Shown in pieces: positions 12,901 to 24,900 of a stretch of DNA of 64,000 nucleotides (position 1 is its first letter; the number at the start of each line of letters is the position of its first letter). This DNA is from Candidatus Nomurabacteria bacterium (GTDB lineage Bacteria > Patescibacteriota > Minisyncoccia > Phycocordibacterales > UBA918): assembly GCA_020631995.1 (NCBI GenBank), contig JACKGJ010000002.1, forward strand, positions 26,773 to 90,772, given 5' to 3'. Under the pieces are notes generated by a model. The model was given only the letters and a program-made list of their open reading frames with translations, searched no databases and was not told where the DNA came from. A program made the position numbers and the translations under genes.

Positions 12901-15900
12901 ACTGTTGATATTAGTGATAATACTAACTTAGCTGGTGACACTGAGATTGTCCTCACTGGAGACACTCTATCAATCGCTTCATCTATCACTCGTGATGCTG
13001 AAATAGATACAGAGTCTGAACTAGAGGCCTTCCTCACGGACGTCACTAACATCTTCACTAACAATGATGGTGCACTTAATGACGATGACCTCTCAGATAA
13101 CACCACCACTGACCTAGCAGAAGGCACTAACCAATACTTCACCACCTCACGGGCTCGCTCTGCTCTCTCTGCTGGTGCCGGCATTACCTACGCTACCTCT
13201 ACCGGTATTATTGCCTTGAATGCCACCGGCGACTGGACTGGCACCTTTGACGGTCAAGAAGGTACATACTACCTATCACGTGCTAACCACACCGGTACAC
13301 AACTAGCATCAACTATCTCTGACTTCGCTACCGCAGCTGATGCTCGTATTGCAGCTGGTACTTCCACCATCCGCAATATGCTCTCTGCTGGCACAGGACT
13401 TTCATACAACTCTGGCACTGGACAGTTCACTAACACCGGCGTGCTTTCAATCGGAGGATTGACTGGGGCAATTGCTACCTCATCTCTCCACGTTGCTACT
13501 TCCACATACGCTTTCACTGCTGGTACTTCATCAGTTGCTCTGGCACTTGATGGATTTAACTCAAACGATTATCTAACCCTCGCTGCTTGGAACGCCACTA
13601 CCACTGACGCACTTGATGAAGGTTCATCTAATCTATACTTCACTAACGCTCGAGCTCGTGAGTCTCTTTCATCATCAGCTACTGGTCTTTCATACGCTAC
13701 TTCAACTGGTGTATTTAGTTTGACCAGTGGTTATGTCATCCCACTCTCAGCCTCTACCACCGCTTGGACAAACTTCTATAACACTCCATCAACTCGTATC
13801 ACTGCTGGTACTAACATCGACTGGACAGGGAATACACTAAACATAGACACTGACCTTGCTAACTACAACAACACCAACACTGCTTTCATTGACTTAACAG
13901 ACCTCTCTTCACTAGCCACCGGCCTCACATACAACAACACCAACGGCCAGTTCTCATTAACTAGTGGATACAACATCCCACTCACAGCCAGCACAACCAA
14001 CTGGAACAACACATACAACACCGTCACAGCAAACAGTGCTTCTTGGGACGCAGCCGCTGCCTCAACCACCGCCCTCACTCCTTCATACATCCGCAACCTA
14101 TTCTCTAACTCAGCTACCGGCCTCACATACAATTCATCTACCGGAGCTACTTCACTAACTGCTGGATACAGTATTCCACTCACAGCTTCAACTACTGCTT
14201 GGAACAACACTACCAACCTAGTTAACGCTTCTTCAACTTTCTGGAACACAGCATATAGCTGGGGGAATCACGCTACACAAAACTACTTTGACCTCGACAA
14301 CGCACCACTCACTGTGGCAAATGGTGGTACTGGTACCACAACCCTGACAGGACTTCTGCTAGGAAATGGCACCGGTGCATTTACCGCTACCACGACTCTT
14401 TCTTCTTCATATATAGAAGATGCTTATGTTCGCAACACTGGGGATTCTATTTCCGGCACCTTCACTCTCTCCGGCTCTGCTGCCAACATCGCCCTCGGCA
14501 CTAACTACATCAGCTACGCTGGTGGTGATACTGCCTTCAACATCACTTCTGGTGATGTGGTACGCATTGGAGCTTCTGGTACTGCCAACAGTACATCTAA
14601 CTCCGGTGACCTCTACGTCGAAGACATTCTTGAGGTTGATGGGGCTAGTTACTTAGCTACTGTGTCCACTACCGGCAACGTCGGTATTGGTACCTCTGTT
14701 GGTGCTCAACGATTGACTGTATCGGCTGACGCCACAAGTGACGCTGGCCTCTTCGTCACTGGTGGAGCACTCTCAACTATTGGTACTGCTAACGCTAACA
14801 GTGGTCAGATCTTGGTTGGTAATAGTACATACAATGCTTCAATCGGTTATGACTACACCACCTACGATACTTTTATCGATAACTATTCATCAGGTTCATT
14901 TGATGGAGAAATAGTCTTCCGAACTAGCCCGTCAACCACACTCGTAGCCGGCCTCACCCTCACCAACGCTGGTGCCGTTAAAGTTGGTAGTGGCGGTACA
15001 ACCAACTACGCCACTGGCAACGGTGACCTCTATGTCCAAGATGCTCTTGAAGTTGATGGTACTAGTTACTTAACAGGAGTTACCAATGCCGGCACTTTCA
15101 CCAACACCGGCACCTTCACTCTCTCCGGCACCGCCGCCAACATCGCCCTCGGCGCTAACTACATTAGCTACGCTGGTGGTGATACTGCCTTCAACATCAC
15201 TTCTGGTGATGTGGTACGGATTGGAGCTGGTACCGTCAACAGTGCATCTAACTCCGGTGACCTTTATGTCCAAGACATCCTTGAGGTGGATGGTGCTAGT
15301 TACTTAGACACCGTGTCCACTACTGGCAACGTCGGTATTGGTACCTCTGTTGGTGCTCAACGATTGACTGTATCGGCTGACGCCACCAGTGACGCTGGTC
15401 TCTTTGTGACCGGTGGAGCACTCTCAACTATTGGTACTGCTAATGCGAACAGTGGTCAGATCTTGGTTGGTAATAGTACATACAATGCTTCAATCGGTTA
15501 TGACTACACCACCTACGATACTTTTATTGATAACTATTCATCAGGTTCATTTGATGGAGAAATAGTCTTCCGAACTAGCCCGTCAACCACACTCGTAGCC
15601 GGCCTCACCCTCACCAACGCTGGTGCAGTTAAAGTTGGTAGTGGCGGTTCAGCCAACTACGCCACTGGCAACGGTGACCTCTATGTCCAAGATGCACTTG
15701 AAGTTGATGGTACCAGTTACTTAACAGGAGTTACCAATGCCGGCACTTTCACCAACACCGGCACCTTCACTCTCTCCGGCACCGCCGCCAACATCGCCCT
15801 CGGCGCTAACTACATTAGCTACGCTGGTGGTGATACTGCCTTCAACATCACTTCTGGTGATGTGGTACGGATTGGAGCTGGTACCGTCAACAGTGCATCT

Positions 15901-18900
15901 AACTCCGGTGACCTTTATGTCCAAGACATCCTTGAGGTGGATGGTGCTAGTTACTTAGACACCGTGTCCACTACTGGCAACGTCGGTATTGGTACCTCTG
16001 TTGGTGCTCAACGATTGACTGTATCGGCTGACGCCACCAGTGACGCTGGTCTCTTTGTGACCGGTGGAGCACTCTCAACTATTGGTACTGCTAATGCGAA
16101 CAGTGGTCAGATCTTAATTGGTAATGGTTCATACAACACCTCTCTCGCATTTGACTACAACACCTTTGCCACTTACCTCGACAATTCATACACCACTTCT
16201 GGCGGTGATATTATCTTGCGAACTAGTCCTGCTGGTGTTCGCACAGCCGGCCTCACCCTCACCAACGCTGGTGCAGTTAAAGTTGGTAGTGGCGGTTCAG
16301 CCAACTACGCCACTGGCAACGGTGACCTCTATGTCCAAGATGCACTTGAAGTTGATGGTACCAGTTACTTAACAGGAGTTACCAATGCCGGCACTTTCAC
16401 CAACACCGGCACCTTCACTCTCTCCGGCACCGCCGCCAACATCGCCCTCGGCGCTAACTACATTAGCTACGCTGGTGGTGATACTGCCTTCAACATCACT
16501 TCTGGTGATGTGGTACGGATTGGAGCTGGTACCGTCAACAGTGCATCTAACTCCGGTGACCTTTATGTCCAAGACATCCTTGAGGTGGATGGTGCTAGTT
16601 ACTTAGACACCGTGTCCACTACTGGCAACGTCGGTATTGGTACCTCTGTTGGTGCTCAACGATTGACTGTATCGGCTGACGCCACCAGTGACGCTGGTCT
16701 CTTTGTGACCGGTGGAGCACTCTCAACTATTGGTACTGCTAATGCGAACAGTGGTCAGATCTTGGTTGGTAATAGTACATACAATGCTTCAATCGGTTAT
16801 GACTACACCACCTACGATACTTTTATTGATAACTATTCATCAGGTTCATTTGATGGAGAAATAGTCTTCCGAACTAGCCCGTCAACCACACTCGTAGCCG
16901 GCCTCACCCTCACCAACGCTGGTGCAGTTAAAGTTGGTAGTGGCGGTTCAGCCAACTACGCCACTGGCAACGGTGACCTCTATGTCCAAGATGCACTTGA
17001 AGTTGATGGTACCAGTTACTTAACAGGAGTTACCAATGCCGGCACTTTCACCAACACCGGCACCTTCACTCTCTCCGGCACCGCCGCCAACATCGCCCTC
17101 GGCGCTAACTACATTAGCTACGCTGGTGGTGATACTGCCTTCAACATCACTTCTGGTGATGTGGTACGGATTGGAGCTGGTACCGTCAACAGTGCATCTA
17201 ACTCCGGTGACCTTTATGTCCAAGACATCCTTGAGGTGGATGGTGCTAGTTACTTAGACACCGTGTCCACTACTGGCAACGTCGGTATTGGTACCTCTGT
17301 TGGTGCTCAACGATTGACTGTATCGGCTGACGCCACCAGTGACGCTGGTCTCTTTGTGACCGGTGGAGCACTCTCAACTATTGGTACTGCTAATGCGAAC
17401 AGTGGTCAGATCTTAATTGGTAATGGTTCATACAACACCTCTCTCGCATTTGACTACAACACCTTTGCCACTTACCTCGACAATTCATACACCACTTCTG
17501 GCGGTGATATTATCTTGCGAACTAGTCCTGCTGGTGTTCGCACAGCCGGCCTCACCCTCACCAACGCTGGTGCAGTTAAAGTTGGTAGTGGCGGTTCAGC
17601 CAACTACGCCACTGGCAACGGTGACCTCTATGTCCAAGATGCACTTGAAGTTGATGGTACCAGTTACTTAACAGGAGTTACCAATGCCGGCACTTTCACC
17701 AACACCGGCACCTTCACTCTCTCCGGCACCGCCGCCAACATCGCCCTCGGCGCTAACTACATTAGCTACGCTGGTGGTGATACTGCCTTCAACATCACTT
17801 CTGGTGATGTGGTACGGATTGGAGCTGGTACCGTCAACAGTGCATCTAACTCCGGTGACCTTTATGTCCAAGACATCCTTGAGGTGGATGGTGCTAGTTA
17901 CTTAGACACCGTGTCCACTACTGGCAACGTCGGTATTGGTACCTCTGTTGGTGCTCAACGATTGACTGTATCGGCTGACGCCACCAGTGACGCTGGTCTC
18001 TTTGTGACCGGTGGAGCACTCTCAACTATTGGTACTGCTAATGCGAACAGTGGTCAGATCTTGGTTGGTAATAGTACATACAATGCTTCAATCGGTTATG
18101 ACTACACCACCTACGATACTTTTATTGATAACTATTCATCAGGTTCATTTGATGGAGAAATAGTCTTCCGAACTAGCCCGTCAACCACACTCGTAGCCGG
18201 CCTCACCCTCACCAACGCTGGTGCCGTTAAAGTTGGTAGTGGCGGTACAACCAACTACGCCACTGGCAACGGTGACCTCTATGTCCAAGATGCTCTTGAA
18301 GTTGATGGTACTAGTTACTTAACAGGAGTTACCAATGCCGGCACTTTCACCAACACCGGCACCTTCACTCTCTCCGGCTCTGCTGCCAACATCGCCCTCG
18401 GCACTAACTACATCAGCTACGCTGGTGGTGATACTGCCTTCAACATCACTTCTGGTGATGTGGTACGCATTGGAGCTTCTGGTACTGCCAACAGTACATC
18501 TAACTCCGGTGACCTCTACGTCGAAGACATTCTTGAGGTTGATGGGGCTAGTTACTTAACAGGAATTACCAACACTGGTACCCTTAGCAATTCTGGCACC
18601 TTAACCCTCTCCGGTACCGCCGCTAACATTGCGCTTGGTTCTAACTACCTCTCTGGAGATGGAGACGATGAAGGTATTTATGTAAGTGCAACAGGCAACG
18701 TCGGCATCGGCTCCTCGACTCCATCATCTAAACTCACTGTCCAAGGTGACACTTGGATTGGAGGCAATGTAACTGCCACTGGTACACTAGCCGTCACTGG
18801 TGCTACAACACTATCTTCAACACTTGGTGTTACAGGTCACGCAACTCTCGCTACAGCATCATCTACCAACATCACTGTTTCTGGTAACTCATATTTAGGT

Positions 18901-21900
18901 ACAGTACGAAGTGGAACCTGGAACGGCACCGCCATCGACATCTCTTCATACACCAACCTCGGTGTCACTGCTACCGGTCTTTCACTCTCAGGTGACAACA
19001 TTGCACTAACTGCCGGATACAACATCCCACTCACAGCCAGCACAACCAACTGGAATACTGCATATGGCTGGGGAGACCACTCATCCCAAAACTACTTTGA
19101 CCTCGACAGTGCACCACTGACTGTCGCAAACGGTGGTACCGGAGCTACTTCACTCACTGGACTTCTACTAGGTAACGGTACTGGTGCGTTCACTGCAACT
19201 ACTACACTCAGTTCTTCTTATATAGATGATGTTTTCTTACGAAATGATGGAGATGACACAACATCAGGTATCCTAACTGCAGCTGGTTTTAATACTTCTG
19301 GCACATCAACTCTTGCTACCACTACAATAAGTGGCAGGTTGGGTATTGGAACAGAAAATCCAATTTCTCCACTTGATATTGACGGAGGTACGGTTCCTTC
19401 TGGAGGAAAAGTATTTAATCTTTCTGCAACAATTCCAAACACAACAAGTAACAGTCAATACGGAATGTTGCTTTCTGGAACTGGTTCTGGAACTGGCACA
19501 GGCTTTTCTGCAGTACTGCGCGTTCTTTTTAACGCTGGATACACTGGGAGTGGTGCAAACAGTGGCCTTTCTTTCTATAACAACAACGCAGGTACAGGAA
19601 GCGATCTCAAGTTCAATGTCAGTAACTCAACACCAACAGGAAACTCCGGCTTTGTTGGGTTTGCTGGTAATACTACTATAGGAGCAAACTATGGTGGTAT
19701 CGCTGAAGCTTTGAATGGAAATATAAACATTGGTATGTTTGGTAGAGCTAACTTTGCAAAAAATAGCGCAACTAACATTGGTGTCATTGGTGCCGCTCGC
19801 AACACTGGTACATCTCCGACACAGGTCGGTGGTTGGTTCACTTTAGCCAATACTACTCCATCATGGGAAAGTGCTGCGCTTGTTGCAGACAATGCCGATC
19901 AAACCTCACCAATCTTCCTTGGTAAAGACAATGGAGATACCGTCTTCTCAATAATTGACGGTGGCAACGTCGGCATCGGCTCCTCGACTCCATCATCTAA
20001 ACTCACTGTCCAAGGTGACACTTGGATTGGAGGCAGTGTAACTGCCACCGGTACACTAGCCGTCACTGGTGCTACAACACTATCTTCAACACTTGGTGTT
20101 ACAGGTCACGCAACTCTCGCTACAGCATCATCTACCAACATCACTGTTTCTGGTAACTCATATTTAGGTACAGTACGAAGTGGAACCTGGAACGGCACCG
20201 CCATCGACATCTCTTCATACACCAACCTCGGTGTCACTGCTACCGGTCTTTCACTCTCAGGTGACAACATTGCGCTCACCGCTGGATACAACATCCCACT
20301 CACAGCTTCTACCACCGCTTGGAACAACACTACTAACACTGTTAATGCTGGAGCTTCTAACTGGAACACAGCCTTTGGTTGGGGAGATCATAGTATCGTT
20401 GGTTACCTAACCAACATCGGTGGAGAATCTTTCTACGACCTAGCAGACACTCAAGGAGCATATACAGCTAACCGAGTTCTTTACCAAGATGGTGGAGGAG
20501 TAACTGACTCAGCCAACCTTACCTTCAATGGTTCATTGTTTAATGTAATCGGTACAGCTTCTTCTACCAGCCTAGTGGCTGGTAATGCCTCAACCACCAA
20601 CCTTACAGTATCTGGAAACCTGTATGTTCCTAGTTCTATAAGATTCCCTTCAATCGGTGCTGCTAGTACAATCACTCGAGCAGGAAACCACGCTCTTACT
20701 TTGACATCAGGTGCTACTACCAATGCTACTTTTCCTTCTGGAACAGTTACTTTGGCAGACCTTGGTTCAACCCAAACTTTTAGTGGTGCCAAAACTTTTT
20801 CTAATGCCACTGTTGCTCTATCTGGAGGTACTGCCATTTTGAGCTTTTCATCAGCAACAGGTAACAAGACAATTTCTACTGGAGGTTCCACAAACCTGAT
20901 TTTATCTCCTGGCGGCAACGTCGGTATCGGCACCACCAATCCAAACACCAAACTCGAAGTCTCCGGCACAGCCTCATCTACTGGCCTTCAAGTAAATGGT
21001 AATGGACTACTCACTGGTACTTTCGGAGTCACCGGACACGCTACTCTAGCTACTGCTTCATCAACTGCTCTCACTGTCTCAGGAAAGACCACCTTAGCCA
21101 ACGCTTCATCCACATCTCTAACAATTTCAGGTAACTCCTACCTCGGTACAGTTTCCAGCGGAGTCTGGAACGGTACTGCCATCGATATCTCTTCATACAC
21201 CAACCTAGGCGTCACCGCTACCGGTCTTTCACTTTCAGGTGACAACATTGCACTAACTGCCGGATACAACATCCCACTCACAGCCAGCACAACCAACTGG
21301 AATACTGCATATGGCTGGGGAGATCATAGTATCGTAGGGTACTTGACCAACATCACCGGACAATCACTCGAAGACCTAAGTGATGTCGCTTCAATGACTC
21401 AGACATCTGGTGACCTTCTTTCTTGGAACGGTTCAAGCTGGACTAATGTTGCAACCTCATCACTTGGTATTAGTGGTGGTAGTTCAGTGTTCACAGAAGC
21501 AGGAAATGACGCATACTTCACCGGTGGTCGTATCTCTATTGGTACTACCAGTACTTCAAGCCTCCTCACTATTCAAGCAAGTAGTACAGAGAACGTCTTC
21601 TCACTCCTCACAGCCACTGGTGCAAACCTCTTCACCGTAGCAGGGGAGACTACCGGTACTTCTACTCTTGCTACTAACCTAGCTATCACCGGAAACCTAT
21701 CACTCTCTGGTTCACTCTACGACAGTGCAAGCTCTGCCGGTACATCAGGTATGGTCTTGCAGAGCACTGGTAGTGGCACTACTTGGGTGGCGACTTCAAC
21801 CTTAGGGATTACTGGTATATCCGATGGTGTCGCCTCCTCAAGCGTGGCCTTTAGTGTTCATAAGAATGGGACGAACCAGGGAAGTATAACCAGTGATAGT

Positions 21901-24900
21901 TTCACCAAACTCACTTGGTCTACTGAGCTTTTTGACACCAATAACAATTTCAATACCAGCACTAGTCGTTTTACACCAACCATAGCTGGTAAATACATTA
22001 TCAATGCTACAGCTTTGTTTACAGGATTAGGCTTTGACCAAGTGGAAATAATTACAAGCATCTATAAAAATGGAACACTTTTGTACGACAGTCCCGTCGT
22101 TAGAGGAAGTGGTGCTAACCCTCAAGGAGGTTCCGTATCGGGTATAGTTGATATGAACGGTACTACTGATTATATTGAAATTTATGTCTGGCAAAATTCA
22201 GGTTCCGCCAGGACCATTTCTGGTGCCACTACCAGCACTCATTTCTCCGGCGCCCTCATCGCTCCATCTAACGGTCTCGCTGGCGGTTGGTCTAACGACG
22301 AAACTCAGTCATATCTCGCTGACTATACAGACCTCGTCGCTATCGGTACCACTACTGCTGCTGCAAAACTAGACATCTGGGGCAGTGCTGGCTCAACAGA
22401 TATCCTTGGTATCTCTTCAAGTACCGGCACCCGCCTCCTTACCGTCTCTTCGGCCGGCAACGTTGGTATCGGTACCTCTACACCTGGTTCACTCCTCACT
22501 GTTACTGGCACCAGCACTATGGGTACCATCCTTCCTGGTGGTGCATACACCGGTAATATGTCTGCCTTTAACCTTGGAGCCTCTGCAAGCAGATGGAATG
22601 AAGTCTGGGCTGGTACATATAATGTTGGTACTTCTACTTGGTCACTCTCTGCTACTGGCCCTGACCGCTTTGGTATCTTTAGCTCAGCTAGTGCCGGTGG
22701 TACTGAAGTATTTTCTATACTACAAGGAGGGAACATTGGTATCGGTACCACTACACCGTCTGACAAACTCACCGTAGCTGGTGGTGCTACCTTTGACCAC
22801 TTCACCACTTCATCTACGACCGCCACTTCTACCATTGCTGGTAATCTTGAGGTCACTGGAAATATATCATTCACTGGTTCACTGCTCGATAGTATTGGTT
22901 CAGCTGGCTCGGCTGGTATGGTACTTCAAAGTACTGGTAGTGGTGTGCAGTGGGTAGCTACCTCATCACTTGGTATCTCTGCTGGAGGTTCGGCTGACGA
23001 TGGAGTCCTTTCACACACCTTTACCGCCTCAAGTACTTGGAACGCTATTACGTCACTTAGCGAAACATCAACTGTGCAGGTGGTACTTGATGCTTCAAAT
23101 GTAACTAACGGACAACTTATCCTCACTGTCGATGGGTCTAATGTCCTTACCACTAACGCTGGGGAAAAGAATTACCGTGTAGTGAGTGCTGATAGTTCGG
23201 TGAGTATCTCAACGAGTGAGGTTGGTTTCAGTTTTGCCACCACCACTTTTGTGGATTCGTTTAGTGTTGCATCAGATGAAAGTTCACCAAATGATGTCGT
23301 TTTCAGCAATGATGGGACAAAGATGTTTGTGTCAGGCAATGAATTTAGTGAGATTATAGAGTATCATCTCGGCACTGCCTTCGACGTCTCTACCGCCGTC
23401 TACGACAGTGGATTTTATACCGGATTTCAGGATAATTTGCCTCGTGGCTTCGCCTTCAACACTGATGGTACTAAAATGTTTGTGGTGGGTGGTGAAGGAG
23501 ATGATGTTAACGAATACACCCTCAGCACAGGCTTTGACGTCTCCACTGCCTCCTTCGTCGATTCCTTCAGTGTATCGGCACAGGAGACTGACCCATACGG
23601 CCTCGCTTTCAGTAGCGACGGTACCAAGATGTTTGTGGTTGGTAGTGTTGGGGACGATGTTAACGAATACACCCTCAGCACAGGCTTTGACGTCTCCACC
23701 GCCTCCTTCGTCGATTCCTTCAGCATCTCGGCGCAGGACACTGCTCCAACCGGCCTTGCCTTCAACACCAACGGTACCAAGATGTTTGTGATGGGCTGGA
23801 CTGGTGACGATGTCAACATATACCACCTCGGTACTGCCTTCGATGTCTCCACCGCCGTATACAACAGTGTCTTCAGTGTAGCGGCTCAGGAGACCTCACC
23901 AACTGGTATTGCCTTCAATACCAACGGTACTAAGATGTTTGTGGTAGGTCAGGCTGGTGACGACGTGAACGAATATACTCTTGGAGCTGCTTTTACATTG
24001 AATCCGACTGCTTTCGTTGACTCCTTCAGTGTATCGACACAAGAGTCTGCACCAAACGACGTTGCCTTCTCTACCGACGGCACCAAGATGTTTGTGATGG
24101 GCTGGACTGGTGACGATGTCAACGAATATAATCTAGGTACTGCCTTCGACGTCTCCACCGCCGTGTACGACAGTGTATTTTATGTCGGATCTCAGGAGGC
24201 TACACCATCTGGCCTCGCTTTCTCCACCGACGGTACCAAGATGTTTGTAACCGGATTTAGTGGTGTGGATGTCAATGAATACCACCTCGGTACCGCCTGG
24301 GACGTCTCCACTGCCGTTTATGATAGTATATTTTACGTTGGGTCGCAGGAGAGTACACCACGTGACGTTGCTTTCTCTACCGACGGCCTGAAGATGTTTA
24401 TATCAGGCGCTACAGGAATAGATATTACTGAATATAATCTCGGTGTTGCCTTCGATGTCTCCACCGCAGTCTACGATAGTGCATTCAGTGTATCGGCACA
24501 GGACACTGCACCATTTGGTCTCACTTTTTCACCAGACGGCCTCAAGATGTTTGTGGTGGGTGATACGGGAAATGATATTAATGAATATACCCTCGGCACC
24601 GCCTTCGATGTCTCCACCGCTTCATACAGTACTGTCTTCAGTGTAGCGGCTCAGGACACCACACCTCGTGGTATCGCTTTCAACACCAACGGTACTAAGA
24701 TGTTTGTGGTAGGTCAGGCTGGTGTCGACGTTAACGAATACACACTTGCTGGTCCGTTCTCCGGCACCGCCCATGCATACATCTCATATGTCGCAGAAAA
24801 CACCGGTGGAGCCGACCTGGCAGAAATGTACGCCACAGCAGAAAGTGACCTCGAAGCCGGTGACGTAGTAGCACTAGACACAGAACGTCCTGGCTACGTT

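Noticed and set aside
14458-18558. A regular repeat periodicity that could be mistaken for a CRISPR or satellite array.
   Set aside because: The units are 648-654 bp, contiguous with no spacers, in frame and inside a continuous ORF. No 25-40-bp direct repeats with unique spacers occur anywhere in the window, and no cas genes are present.
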